The position numbers were made by a program, and so were the translations under genes. Shown here piece after piece: positions 24,936 through 38,546 of a stretch of DNA of 64,000 nt. The stretch's first letter is position 1; every line of letters begins with the position of its first letter. The notes below the pieces were generated by a model. The model worked only from the letters and a program-made list of their open reading frames with translations, searched no databases and was not told the origin of the DNA. Origin of the DNA: Rhizophagus irregularis (Eukaryota); NCBI RefSeq assembly GCF_026210795.1, contig NC_089433.1:2232001-2296000 (forward strand), in the 5' to 3' direction.

Positions 24936-26405
24936 CAAATTCTAGTATAAGCCAAGAAGTTTTTTTAATAAACTTATTAATAACTTGAATCAATGTAAAT
25001 GTGCTTATAAGGAATATCTAAAGTAATTATAAAGAGTAGGATTAAAACTACTTGTATATTAATTTTTATAAGTGTAAGTATAATATAATACTTGTAAAAA
25101 ATATATAATAGTATTAACTTACAAATTTTTCTTTTTTTTATTTGCTAATTTTTTTTATTAATTAAATAGGACCTTAAATAATACTAATATATATATATAT
25201 TTTTTTTATTGCAGTACATTTGCAGTTTTATTAAAGTAAAAAGAATTAAAAGAATCTATATACAAAATAAAGTTTTAAAAATAGCTATTTTAATATGATT
25301 AAACTATAAATTACTTATTATACATATAGTATTCTATATATATATTGTTAAGTAATTATTTGATTTTATAGGTAGACTTTATTTAGAAATAGATTCTTAT
25401 CTTTAATATTTGGTGATCGCAAGCTAACTTCTACACGGGATTCTTAACGCTTACTTATAAAATAAGTCATCGAAGCTTAAGGTAAAATTTATAATTGTGA
25501 ATTTTTAAAAATCCTACTATATAGGTTCTTTACAATAAAAGGGGGGGAAACTGCTAAAAAAAAATTTTTTTAGTTAATATTAATTCTGAATAAATTATAA
25601 TATTTAGAGTGTTTTTAGTATATAAATATAAATTTAAATTTTTTTGGTAGTTTTCCCTTTTTCTATTGCAAAGAGCTTATATTACACCTAAAAAATTAAA
25701 TGTTACACTAATTTGTATAATTTTTTTCCTTTTTAAATCAATTAATCAATAAGATCACTAATAAAATTACTAGTAAATTTGAAATTTTTCCTGGAGACCT
25801 TTATTAAAAATAAACAGGGTCTTCACTATACTGCAAATAATAATACTAATATAACTTACAAATAAACTTTAAATATTAAATAAAAATATATTTTATGATA
25901 TAACTTTGTCAATATTAATGCTAGAAATATGAGTTTACTATTATTAAAATTCTCTCATCAAGACAAATCTAATGATATAACTCCTGTATAACCATTCATT
26001 TGAGAAGAAGTTTCTGGATTACTTGGATGGCTTATTAGGCATATGACTGCTATTTATGTCTGCTTGTTTTACCAAAATTTTATTAACATTAAATTATTAG
26101 TTGTATTAAAAATAAGGTATATAAGATAATAAAATTTTGAAAATATCCCTGTAATATGCAACTTTTAAAAAATTTTAATATAAATTCTAAGTAAAAGCAA
26201 ATTACAAAAAAACTCAAGAAAATAATAAATTAAAAAAATATATAGTTATAATTATAAAAAAGGAGTTTACATCAAACTTCATAGTTTTAAAAACCTGATG
26301 ATATTTTTAAAAATTGTAAGATATATATATAAAAACTCAAAAAAATAAAATAAGTTAAAATAAATATATATTTATTATTAGAAAAAAGAATTTACATTGT
26401 ATATA

Positions 26406-26592
26406 CAGTCAAATCTTTATATAACGATATGTTAGGATTCATAAGAAAAAATTTAAAAAATATCATTATATCAAATTATACCAATATTTATATGTCTTCA
26501 CATATAGTGGAAATGTAAAATTTTATCAGTATATCAAGTTTTTAATATAAATGTATCAGTATATCGAATATCAGTATATTAAGTTTTGACTG
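26406..26592. mobile_element. Tc1/mariner-type MITE, 187 bp
   Basis: TA-flanked TIR CAGTCAAATCTTTATATAACGATAT / CAGTCAAAACTTAATATACTGATAT. Confidence 0.8.
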
Positions 26593-27487
26593 TACATCAG
26601 ATTTCACTTTTTTTACATTTTTTCAATTTTGGTAAATATTAAAATTATGAAATCTGATTAGCATTTTGTAAAATTTATGCTATATATATAAAAAAGGTTA
26701 AAAAAGTATAATAAGCTAAAAAAGTCATATATTATTATTGTAAAAAAAAAGTTTAATAGGATTAAAAATAGTTTACTTATATATTGATTTTAATAAATTT
26801 TGAAATTTTTTTATAATTATATTATTCAAAATCCTTAAATATTGTTATTAAAAAGGATTTTCTTTTATAAATATTATAGTAAAATAGTTAAAACTTTTAC
26901 AGATATAATAAAAATTTTAAAAAGAACTTTGGAATATTTTATTTTTATATGTATAAATTACAAAAAATTGATGATACTTTTAGATAGTATAATACAAGTT
27001 CAAAAATTATTGAATATGCATAGTATACTAATTTTAATTAGCTAAAAATTTTATTTATTTTATTTAATAAAATAAACTAATAGCTTTAACAGTTAATATT
27101 TTTATAAATTTACATTAGAAATGCAAAATAATGTAAAATTTTATATTAATAATAGTGGTCTGATGATGGAAGTAATTTCTATTTGTAGATTATGTTAAAT
27201 ATTCTGGGTTAAAATTAGTCTTATACTTATAAATAAATTATATTTTAATATTTAAATTTGCAAATTTAACATAAACTGTAATTTTTATGTATCTATAAAT
27301 ATATTTATAATGCCAAATATCATTATAAAAATCGCAAACTTTATATGAAAATATTGATTAACTGTTAAATATTTTACTAAAATTATTTATAAGTGCAATA
27401 TATTATTATTATATATTAAATAAATATATGTAAAATATTTACACTATATGATGTGCATATATAAAGGTTAATAATAATATTTTTTAT

Positions 27488-27518
<31 letters not shown>

Positions 27519-28719
27519 ATAAATTTACCCTCCTCCCTTCTTGTTTGTATTTTTATATTTATTATATAACGTCTCAGTAAATAAACGGTTTAATAATAAA
27601 AGGATGGGGCTTAAAAAATTAAATACATTAAATACATCAGATGATCCTATTCATTTTACAAAACAATCCCCTTATATTTTATCCAATATTGGAAAAGCAA
27701 TAGAATGATCGTAATTTTTTTTATTAAACCATAGAAATATTATAATTGTGAATGATATTTTCTTAACAATTACAAATAGTTATTATGAAATCAGCACCTT
27801 AAAAAGGGTTTTTTTTTTCATATTTCCGTATTTTCCATGTTTGGAAACCTGTTTCATTGTCAATAATGTATTTGTCTATTTAACCGGATCTACCCATTAT
27901 TTTAAGAAGGAACCGTGAGAAATTTTTCTAAAACTGTGCATCTTACTACCGAAGTTCGGGCAACTATTATTCCGAGTATATATCAAGTGAAATTTGAAGG
28001 ATGACTTTCTGAGGTCGGTAAGGAAAATAATAAAATGGGTTTCGAGAAAATCATTTTTCAAAAAGTCGGTAACTTTATAATTATTACGAACTTGCAATTT
28101 TAATTTTAAAACTTGCTCGGATCTTTACAATGAATATTCATCATTGGCTAAAACTAGGCTAAAATCATGATTGACGAGTGATAGCGGGAAGTCACGGATC
28201 AATTGAATAGATTTGGTACTAAAGAGCGAGGACGAATCATATATTTATACATATTATCTAGTCCATTATAGAGCAAGCTTTTCAATATGCAGTAGTAGAA
28301 TATGATTTGAGGCTGACATTTTATGCGTGGCAACATTTCTCAGCCTAAAACAACAGGATGGTAAAACAGGAAATAATCAAGTGTAACATATGAATTTGTT
28401 TGTTATTACCTTTCTATACGAATATTGCATTGTAATCTTAGATATTGAATATATTATATAAATTTCTTTGGTTAAAAGGGCTAGAATTAATTCAACAATT
28501 CAATAATCACGCGCGTGACACTTCATCTGATGCGGCCCCATGATCATATATATATACTTTTTTTAAAGACATTTTCTATTCCTGGATATTATACATTTAA
28601 CTTCTAGATAATATAAAAAGGTTCTTTTATAAATAATCATCTATCATCTTACTATAAGTTTTATAAACAATAATTCTCTCATATTTTAGAATTAGATTCT
28701 TTGAACAAAACTATTGAAT

Positions 28720-30999
28720 ATGGTTTCTCCAGCGTCTGAGCCTGTAGAAATCAAACGTGGAAAAAAAGTCGGGTCTCCGAGCCGTAGTGAAGTTGGAAGC
28801 CGTCAAAATGCTATAAATCGTCTTGTGGCTTCTCCTCCGTTAGCTCAATCGTTCTCACAACTCTCAAAGTCCCAACCTCTTTCTAGCATATATAATACAC
28901 AGGATAACTTTCTAAGCACTTCAGGGAAATTTCCTGCTGCAAGTTCTTTTGGATCAAATCCAATTTTGGAAAATTCAACTTTAGATATTCCTCAACAAAA
29001 AAAAGCTGAAATTGTGAAAAAGCACCTTGTTACCGAAGCTGACAGTTCCGATGATAATCTAGCAGATAATCATGCTCTTCATTCTACCCCTTATAAATTA
29101 CCAGGAGGTGATGCAACTCATGAAGTTTACAAGTGGCATGCAGAAGTAGAAAATGCTCCTATGAAACGTACGCGTTCCCGTTCTTTATATTTACCACGAC
29201 CTATTGATCCGGAAACATCTAATATGAGAGAGCCAGGAGGTTTCCGTCGTCATCATGTTATAATGAAAGCAAGAAAAGCAGGAAAGGAGCCACCAAATAT
29301 GATTAGAAATTTCATTGATTTTTTGGCAATGTATGGTCATTTTGCTGGTGAAGATTTGTCTGATGATGAAGATGATGAAGAAGAAGAAGATGATGATGAT
29401 TATGTTGCTTTGGAATCTGCTCCTTTGCTTCCAAGGGAAAGGAATACTTCCGATGGCGCTGCCTCTCCTTCTAAAGCTGTATTTTTGCTTTTGAAATCTT
29501 TTGTCGGTACTGGCGTTATGTTCTTGCCAAAAGCGTAGGTTTTAATTTATTATGTAATAATTTGGTTTTTTATCTTAGCATCGTAATTATCGGATTTTCT
29601 AATTTTTTATTATATTGTCACCAGATTTTATAACGGAGGTATGGCCTTTTCTTCTATATTTTTGGTTTTTATAGCTCTGATATCTTTATGTTCTTTCCTG
29701 ATGCTGGTACGGACGCGAACACATTATCCATTCAGTTTTGGTGGTACGTAATAATTTAAATATATATTTGATAAATGTAGCTTAGTTATATGTTAACGTT
29801 TATATTGATTTTTAATAGACATTGGTAATGCTTTATATGGAAGTTGGATGAGATCTGCCGTGTTATTTTCTATTACTATTTCTCAGGTATTGAATTTGTA
29901 CTAGGGGTAACATTTAAGTAATAATTTGTTAACATATAATTTAACCACAGATTGGATTTGTATGTGCTTATATGATATTCGTCGCTGAAAATCTGAAATC
30001 GGTTGCGGAACAAGTTTTTGATATCCGAATAGACTTATATATATATATAATGTTACAAATATTAATTTACGTACCACTCGCAATGATTCGGCGCATATCG
30101 AAACTTTCTTTTACGGCATTGATCGCAGATGTTTTTATTATGTTTGGTCTTTTATACTTATATTATTTTGATATAAATCAATTGGTAAAAGAGGGAGTAA
30201 GTGATATCGCTGCATTTAATCCAGATGACTTTGCACTATTTATTGGTACGGCTGTGTTTACTTTCGAGGGAATTGGATTGGTCAGTATGTTGTGTCGACT
30301 TTTCTTTTAGTATTTATGTAATTGATTATTAATATAATGTTATATATTACTTAGATTATTCCCATTACTGAATCTATGAAAGAACCTGAGAAATTTCCTA
30401 AGGTGTTAACAGGAGTGATGATTTTTATTAGTGTTCTTTTCACATCAATTGGAGCTTTATCTTATGCTACGTTTGGCAGTAATATAAAAACAGTAGTGAT
30501 TATCAATCTACCAAGTGATGATCCACTTGTTCAGACCGTTCAGTTACTATATGCTTTAGCCATTCTATTATCAATTCCGCTTCAATTATTCCCGGCGATT
30601 AGAATTATGGAACAAGGTTTATTTGTAAAAAGTGGTAAAAACGACCTTTATGTTAAATGGCAAAAGAACATTTTCCGTATCTTAACGGTTATTGCATGTG
30701 CTTTAATTGCTTGGGGCGGTGCCAGTGATTTGGACAAATTTGTTTCATTGATAGGCTCGTTTGCATGGTGAGTAATGTTTCTGTAGTACTTAAAATCTTT
30801 CTATTAGTGACTTATATTTATAATTGTCGTTTTTATATTTTTTAGTGTACCATTATGTTTTATATATCCTCCTCTTTTCCATTATAAAGTGGCTCGTACT
30901 TTCGGTGCTAAAATGTTAGACATATTTGTATTAACGTTTGGTGTATTTTCTCTGTTTTATACCACTCATGTAACCATTCGCAAGTGGGGTGGTGAATAA
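28720..30999 (+). CDS. AVT3: Vacuolar amino-acid transporter, AAAP family (Avt3/Avt4-like); 6 exons
   Basis: GGDATHEVYKW, PGGFRRH, FIDFLAMYGHFAGEDL, acidic tract and ESAPLL, LLLKSFVGTGVMFLPKAF, FIGTAVFTFEGIGL, SIPLQLFPAIRIME. Avt3 versus Avt4 is not resolvable by eye. Confidence 0.92.
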
Positions 31000-31691
31000 G
31001 ATCTTTTGATTTAATTTTTGGCCTCAAGGTTTTCATTGCAAAATATTATACATTTCGTGTTTATGTTAGGCTGGGTAAAAAATTTTGAGCATGTTATATA
31101 TATAGATTAAGTAATTATTCGTAATAATCATTATATCTAGTAGTTAATGAATAATAAATTTATATTTAGAAGATAATTTTTTCCTTAATTATCTTGGTGG
31201 GGTTTTTTTTTTGATATATTATTTAAATAGAACCAACATAAATTGTTTTCTCTAATGAGTAACAAGTCTATCGTTTATAAAGCAATGAGTTTGCTATTTG
31301 AAATTTCAACAGAAGTACTTGCATCTAAGACTTCTTTTGATCTAAGTGATCTAAGACAACTTTTTAGTTTATTATACAACTGTAAAATGAATTAAAATAA
31401 ATTCATACATTGATTATAGCTTATAATATTTTTATTTTTTTTGATAATTGTATTTTATTTAAGGAAAAGATTGATTTATTGCAAAAAAAAGATTGGCTAT
31501 TCTTTTAAAACATTGCCTATTAACCCCTAAAATAAAGAAGGAATAAATAATACTACAAACTCTGTCCTTCAAAAAAAATTTATAAAACAAATTCGCTCAG
31601 CCCAATTATAGGAACATTCATTCTATAAAATACTTTTACTTCAATTCTTAAAAAATATCGGAGCGACCATGATTTCCATATACCAAAAGGT

Positions 31692-32286
31692 CTAGAAACC
31701 GTGAATCTTGATGATATTTTTGTCGATGCCGTTGTCCCCAAGAAAGTTTTGGACTTTGAGACGTTGGTCACCTTGAAGTTGGATTATTTGTCCAAGCTCC
31801 TCATCTTGCACAAGTGTACCATTACAAGCGAATTCCTATAAAAAATTAAACAAAAATTAATTTAATGCTAACAACATTATCTTATTTTTATCAATCCTGA
31901 CCTTTTTGAAAGCTTTTAACAATTTCTTTTGATCATATTCACTAGGTAAACCTTGAACAGTAGTCAAAGTCTTTCTTCCGTTTCTCTGTTGTATACGAAT
32001 ATCTTTTAATAACAAAGAAGTTAAGGAATAAAAGAATGTGTTTTCAAAGTAACTCTAAAATAGAGCTATTTATATATTTTGACCGGTCATCTGTAAATGA
32101 TGACCTTTTATTCTCCGACATAAAAAAGGATACGAATATACCCTTGGGGTTGTCCTGCTTCTTCTTCACCGGTATCAGCGAAAGGGTCTGTTGACCAAAA
32201 AAAAACGGATTAATAAAACAATAAAAATTTAATCGACAACTTTTTTGTATCATACCGTAAGTTTGAAGATTTTGGATCTCGGACAT
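31692..32286 (-). CDS. SUI1: Translation initiation factor eIF1; 4 exons
   Basis: Spliced MSEIQNLQTYDPFAD..GYIHIRIQQRNGRKTLTTVQG..KKEFACNGT..IIQLQGDQR..IKIHGF*. Confidence 0.97.
32003..32133 (-). other. U12-type (minor spliceosome) GT-AG intron in SUI1
   Basis: 5' splice site GTATCCTTT; branch TTCCTTAAC 17 nt before the 3' end; removal gives the conserved YIHIR. Confidence 0.9.
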
Positions 32287-33191
32287 AAAAAACTACGGTT
32301 AAAAACTTCGAAAAAAAAGTAATAGAAATTTGGGAAAAGCGAGTATAAAACTTTTTTTTATGCTATTTTATGAGCTTTCTTGTTGAATGAAGGTTTTTTT
32401 TGAAAGACGGATGGATTTAGTGAAGTGAACCAAACTATAAAGTATTTTTACAAATATTATATCTATGATTTTATTTCCAATTTTAGAATTATTACATAAC
32501 TGATTAATAACTAATCACGTGAGCAACATATTTCCTTTTCTGATTTTCTGATTCCTCTTAACTGCACATAGAAAATACAAAGTACCTACAATTTGATTGT
32601 GAATCGAAATACATATAAATCATCACCCGATAGTTGTGATAATCTTAACGGATAACCTGAAAGATTAAAAAATTTGCCAACTCTTAACAGAATGCGAATG
32701 TTATTTATAATGACTTGTTTAATTTCAAGATTTGCTTAATTTCTGTCACAGTTCAAACTTTTCAATATCATAATTTTATCCTTGTATTAGTTTTCCTTAT
32801 AATTTTGGAGAATACTTCTGACGCGCTACGCGATAGCTTAAAATTATTTATGTTAAACAAATGTCTGTATATAATTTATACATACATAGGCATCAGTTGC
32901 AGCATATTCAATTTGTGATTCCTTAAGATCATAAGCATTCCAATTACTCATGGTCACCTTTTTTGGTTTCGTTAATTCACGTTGAAACTAAAAGAATGCA
33001 AAAAATTGTTAAAAAATAACCAACACTTCAACCATTTTAGACAATGCAATATTTTTCGTGGAAGTCGAAGTAGACATGACTTGTACACATAAATTACTTA
33101 ATTCCGCAAGACTTCTGCTCTGAATTTCATTAATCTTTTAAAGTTTAATCCCATCTCCTCGTATATTACATCCAAATTTGACTACATTTTT

Positions 33192-33645
33192 TTTTTTATT
33201 TTATTTCTAGAAGAGGAGTGAACGTTATCTATTACATTAACAGCATGCGCATACTAAGTAACTACAGGGGCTATTCAGATAATTGGAACTACGTATCTCA
33301 TCCCACAAGGTAGACAAAGCAGTTATGTAGGACCCACCCTTCGAACTAAACTATGCTAGAAGTAAACTACGCTACTACTAGCACTAAGAACAAAATAAAA
33401 GGACAACCCTACAAAAAAAAATGAAGGACCCGTATTTTTCTTTCGACACAAAAGTCGCCACTTGTAAATACTGTAAGAAGTGGAATGATTCACACTATTC
33501 TAAATTGTTTAAATGTAGTTAAGATTAAAATAAAGTTAATAAAATACTACTACTATAAAAAAAAATATATTGGCTCTAGTTAATCCTATGGGTGTAATAA
33601 GTATTTGTCCCGACTGTAGAGCCAGAGGAAGGATCAGGCGGAACT
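33192..33645 (-). mobile_element. Short poly(A) retroposon (LINE 3' UTR fragment or SINE), about 455 bp
   Basis: Direct repeat TTTGACTACATTTTT at 33177-33191 and 33646-33660; minus-strand tail AAATAAAATAAAAAAAA; no ORF. Confidence 0.78.
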
Positions 33646-34944
33646 TTTGACTACATTTTTGTCTTCCAAAATACTTTTTAGAACAATTGGAAAAGTTGTC
33701 ATGTGATATATATGAAAAAGAAATATTGTAGATGAGTTACATAGTTGTATTAATGATATTTTGGATTGTTTTATTGTTTTGGAAATACTTGCCATTCACA
33801 ATCAAATCCAGATGTGTTAGATCTTTCATAATTTGGTGCAAGTTATAAATGTGTTTAATTAAAAAGATACAAAATAATTAAAAGCAATTTTAACTTGTTT
33901 TCATGTAACCACTCGTTTGCTTCAAGCGTATTTCAATGTACATGTTGCGTCATCCTTATATGATAAGATCGGTAATTTTCGGTCTTTATTTGAATACTTG
34001 AAAATTTAAAGCCGTGCGTAGAACTGAAGTATGCAGCATTTTCCATGGAAAACCGGTTTGATTCTCTGGTGGTTTGTTTAACAATGTCAGTTATAAACAA
34101 AAAAGAAAATATGTATTATCGGACAAAAATCATACCTGACCTTAAATGGTTTTTTTAATGAAAACTACTCGAATGGTTTGAAAAATTTTTAAATTGATAA
34201 TCATGTGATGATTGAAAAAAGATAATAAAAAAAAAATTCATTTATTAAGTTTATTATTTCATTATACAAATGTAAAATAACTGTCTTCAGTGCAATATCA
34301 AAGAAAAAGAAAGAAAGAAAGAAAAGTAATCAACCGCATCCGCAAGTTTTGCCATAAACATATTTCTCTTTTTTTTTAAAAAAAAATTCCAAGTTAAATA
34401 AAATTCAAAGAATAAAAATTTGCCAGAAATATAAAATTTACCTTCACGTTTATAAATTATTCCTGAAGAACTACGGCCACCGTTTCTTAAATTTTCGGCT
34501 GCTGACGGCTAATTTTATTAAATATTCACATTAAAGTTTCAATGATTAAACTTTTACATTAAAAGAATTTCTAATTAATACTTACTGAAAAACTATAAAA
34601 GAAGTTATAAATGAACAAGAATATAGACCAAAAATAATATTTAATAGATCTTTGGTCACTTACTGTTCCGTCTATTCAAAAAAAATAACAATTAGACTGG
34701 ATTGTTATAAAAAAGGTAAAATAATTGCAAAAAGAACCACACAGTGGTAAATTCGAAGCCTTTAGAATGCTTGCCTTTAGCAATATAATTTGTCATTTTT
34801 TTATTGTTCAAACAAATTTTAAAACTTGGGAAAAAGAGAAAAGACAAAAAATGGCCTATTAAAAGTTATTAAAACTGTGTAACGTCGTAAGATTGTACTA
34901 TTTAATCTAATCACATTACATTTTTCTTCCAGCATTCATAGTAG

Positions 34945-36135
34945 ATGATGGAACGAGCCCCTGTTTCAAAAAGTAATAATATAGCACTTCCAGTTGAAAT
35001 CTTTCAACATGCTCTTGCATTACTTCCATTAAAAGAAATATATTCATTCAAGCGAGTAAATAAGGAATGGTATAATTTATGTGACCATGCTATAGTCGAA
35101 CATATTACTTCCTCTGGCTCACAAGTCCATCTTCGGGCTGGTACATCGAAGAATCCAAAACTTTGTTATGACCTTGATTTCGCAAGTTATGATCCTTCAT
35201 CGAACATTTTCACATTCAAGCCCTCTCCTAATAGGAATGAACTAAAACCTACTTTTTGTTATTCAAAACATTTGCGAGAGATCAGAATATTGTTTGGAGA
35301 ATGGAGAGGTGTGAATACGACATTAAGCAAATATTCACCATCGGATCCAACATTTGGAATTCCGATAAAGAGAAATTCTGATCCACAGGCTCAAAAAGTG
35401 TTAAGACTTGCTAAATTAGAGTTTCATAAGCATTATATAGAGTCTGTACGAAAAGTATATCAATTAGATGATGAGCCTTCTTTAGAAGAAGGAACTGTTG
35501 TATCTTGTTTGGGAGATAAAGATATAGTATTAAAGTGTCATATAACTACTAGACTTTCTTGCAATATACCAGACGACCAGCAAAATTCCGAGAAAGATGA
35601 TGAATGTTCTCCGGAGGGTGTAGTTTATAGCTTAAGAATAGAGTTTGTTAAAGTTTGTGCTTCATGGTTAGTGTCCGGTACAACATCAAATTTTATTCCA
35701 GAAGAATCACGAAATCAAATATTTGCTTCTCGGTTTAATCTTTTAGACCAAATTCTTTCCGAACAAAATATTACAAAATATTACCGATATTCATCAAAAG
35801 TTCTTAAATGGATATTATCAGAATACGATAGAAATGATCAAAAAACAAGAGAAATGATTAAACATATATTAGATACCAAAGGAGATTTTTCAATAAGAAG
35901 TAAGTTTGAGGCAGCGTTAGAAGGAAAAAATGTGAAAAAGCAAAATATGTGGAAATATTCTTTAGTGGCTCGATTTCTTCGTGATCCTGAATCTTATGAT
36001 TCTCTTGAGGATGTCGTGAATAGGATTGTTCATACTGAACGCAAAGATATTTCCTTTGAATCTAATAATAATCATTCTTCTAGATTATTTCGTGGGTTAA
36101 AACCAATACTTCAAAAAATTAAAATTACTTCATGA
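34945..36135 (+). CDS. F-box-like domain protein, 396 aa
   Basis: N-terminal ALPVEIFQHALALLPLKEIYSFKRVNKEWYNL fits the F-box pattern; long uninterrupted ORF. Confidence 0.75.
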   Translation: MMERAPVSKSNNIALPVEIFQHALALLPLKEIYSFKRVNKEWYNLCDHAIVEHITSSGSQVHLRAGTSKNPKLCYDLDFASYDPSSNIFTFKPSPNRNELKPTFCYSKHLREIRILFGEWRGVNTTLSKYSPSDPTFGIPIKRNSDPQAQKVLRLAKLEFHKHYIESVRKVYQLDDEPSLEEGTVVSCLGDKDIVLKCHITTRLSCNIPDDQQNSEKDDECSPEGVVYSLRIEFVKVCASWLVSGTTSNFIPEESRNQIFASRFNLLDQILSEQNITKYYRYSSKVLKWILSEYDRNDQKTREMIKHILDTKGDFSIRSKFEAALEGKNVKKQNMWKYSLVARFLRDPESYDSLEDVVNRIVHTERKDISFESNNNHSSRLFRGLKPILQKIKITS

Positions 36136-36244
36136 TTATGTTATTCTTAACCTAGAAAATAGATAAATACGTTATGGGACTTTTTTCTAGATTATTTATT
36201 AAAATTTTTATGAAACATTAATAAACCTATAATTATATTATTAT

Positions 36245-36948
36245 TTATGAAGAAGTTGAAGTCGTATTTGTTACTACAGGTTCATTAGAAGCTACGGGTG
36301 ATGATTTTAATGACCGACGATAACTGCAATTTAAGAATCGTGTCAAAATTATTATACATAATATGTTATAAACCGTAATTTATATCATTTATATATACTA
36401 ACTTCCATATCCTGTACATTTGAGTTAACCCAGTTCCAGCCACAAACAAATTCACAGACAGCAAAGTATAATTTACGGGGATGATTTGTGTGGAATATCG
36501 TGACCAGATCAGCCCCGTTGCTGTAAGAGCTTTTTAATCAAAGAGAATTTTAATCAAAGAGAATAATAAATACCAAAGTTATTTGATTCTGAACTTCATT
36601 TAAAGTTATATAAATAAGGTAAACATACCAACATTTTGAGATACTGATAACGATTCTGGGGGACGTTTGAGATCACTTAAACCAGCGATAACTAATCCCT
36701 ATAATAATCATACAAGACAAAAAGTATATTAGCATCATTTGTAAAGGAATTTCTAACTTAATAAAAAGACAATTACCCATTTCATTACCGGTGCCCAAAA
36801 ATGAACAGTTTTTGGACCTTAAAAAAAAAGGTTATATAGTTAGTTCTATTTAACTTTTGTAAAATAATTCTTAACGAAAAAAAAAAATACCCGCAGGGTG
36901 ATTAATAAACTGTTGAAGTTTGGATGAGACTACCGTGTTCGCTGCCAT
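36245..36948 (-). CDS. MPC2: Mitochondrial pyruvate carrier subunit 2; 5 exons, absent from the ORF track
   Basis: Spliced MAANTVVSSKLQQFINHPAGPKTVHFWAPVMKWGLVIAGLSDLKRPPESLSVSQNVALTATGLIWSRYSTQIIPVNYTLLSVNLFVAGTGLTQMYRIWNY..*. Confidence 0.95.
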
Positions 36949-37113
36949 GGAATAGAAATTTTATATTGTTACGATTTAAAATTTTTTACTTAAAAAAAAA
37001 TGTGAATTTAATTAGCGCAATTCCATTATAAGTATTATAAGTGATTTTCACAAATGTAAATCAGATTGTCGATTTTTTATCATAACTTTTCTCCACCCGA
37101 ATTTCTTTGAAAG

Positions 37114-38546
37114 ATGGGAACAAGAACGTTACTTTTAACAACTGGTATGTTAATAAGTGGTGTTTGCAACACCATTCTTAACAAATACCAAGACATGACA
37201 TGCGTTGAAGACTGCGATGATCCAGATAATGCAAAATATTTTGAGCAGCCTGTATGGCAAACTTTTAATATGTTCTTTGGAGAAACTATGTGTTATGTAT
37301 TAGTTTATGCAATTTTGATCTGGGAATACCATCAAGCTAGAAAATATGCCCCTTTAGCTGTTGATGGCACCTTAACAGGTAATTCAGAAGAAAATATTGT
37401 CATTGAAGAGAATGAAAATGCTGACGTTAAAGTTGAAGAAGGAGAAGAATTGACTGGATGGCTCGTATATCTGTTTTGGTTGCCAACCTTGTGCGACATT
37501 TGCGGCACTACAGTATGTATTAAGTTTTTTATTTCAAAAAAGAATTCGTTTGGATGGGTTTAATTATTCAACAGAAGTCAACGAACGAAGCATCATTCTG
37601 TTTTAAAGATTTTCACACCGTTTTGAAATATATAATACATATTTTTAGCTTATGAATATTGGATTGATCTATACTACTGCCTCAGTTTATCAAATGCTTC
37701 GCGGAGCAGTTGTTTTATTTACTGGTAGTTTCTCTGTATTATTCCTTCGTCGCCGTCTCTATGCGTACCATTGGTTTTCTCTTTTTCTCGTAGTTTTGGG
37801 TGTCACAATAGTTGGCATGAGTAGTATTCTCTTTCCATCAGCCGAAGAAAAATCTGATCCGTTAATTGATACTTTGAATTCAAACAGTGCCCACACTAGC
37901 AATGGCGATCTAAAAGCTTCTATCGGAGTATTCTTTGTTATATTTGCTCAAATTTTTACGGCAAGTCAATTTGTTATCGAAGAGAAAATTATGGAAAGAT
38001 ATCATGTTAAACCTTTACGTGCGGTCGGACTTGAAGGAATATTTGGACTCTTAACAGTTGGAGTCGGTGCCATAATTTTACATTTTACAATAGGAATACA
38101 TCATCCTGGTGGATATTTCGATATTTCAACAGGCTGGAATCAGATACTCTCTTTTAGACAAATTTGGATTACAGGGATCGCTATAAGCTTCTCCATTGCA
38201 TTTTTCAATTTTTTTGGATTATCAGTCACCAGGACATTAAGCGCAACTTCTAGGTCTACTATTGATACTTCTCGTATTGTATTAGTCTGGGTAGTTTCAC
38301 TTTTTCTTGGTTGGGAAAGCTTCTCTTGGTTTCAAGTAACTGGTAAATATATTAAGTAATCACACAACTAATAAGTATTTTTATACTAATACTTAATTAT
38401 TATTTCTACACATAGGATTTGTTATTCTTGTACTTGGAACATTTATATTTAATAATGTTATAAGACCTCCACCTTTTTTCACCGTACCTTCACCAAGTGT
38501 ACAAGAAATTGAACCTTTATTATCCGAAGACCATGAACACATGTAA
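37114..38546 (+). CDS. SLC35F6-like DMT-superfamily transporter; 3 exons
   Basis: FEQPVWQTFNMFFGE, PTLCDICGTT-LMNIGL, ASVYQMLRGAVVLF, QFVIEEKI, SATSRSTIDTSR; C-terminal EIEPLL dileucine motif. Confidence 0.9.

Noticed and set aside
28310..28392. Possible H/ACA snoRNA (AGGCTGA..TCAGCCT hairpin followed by AAAACA)
   Set aside because: Only a 7-bp stem and no convincing second hairpin.
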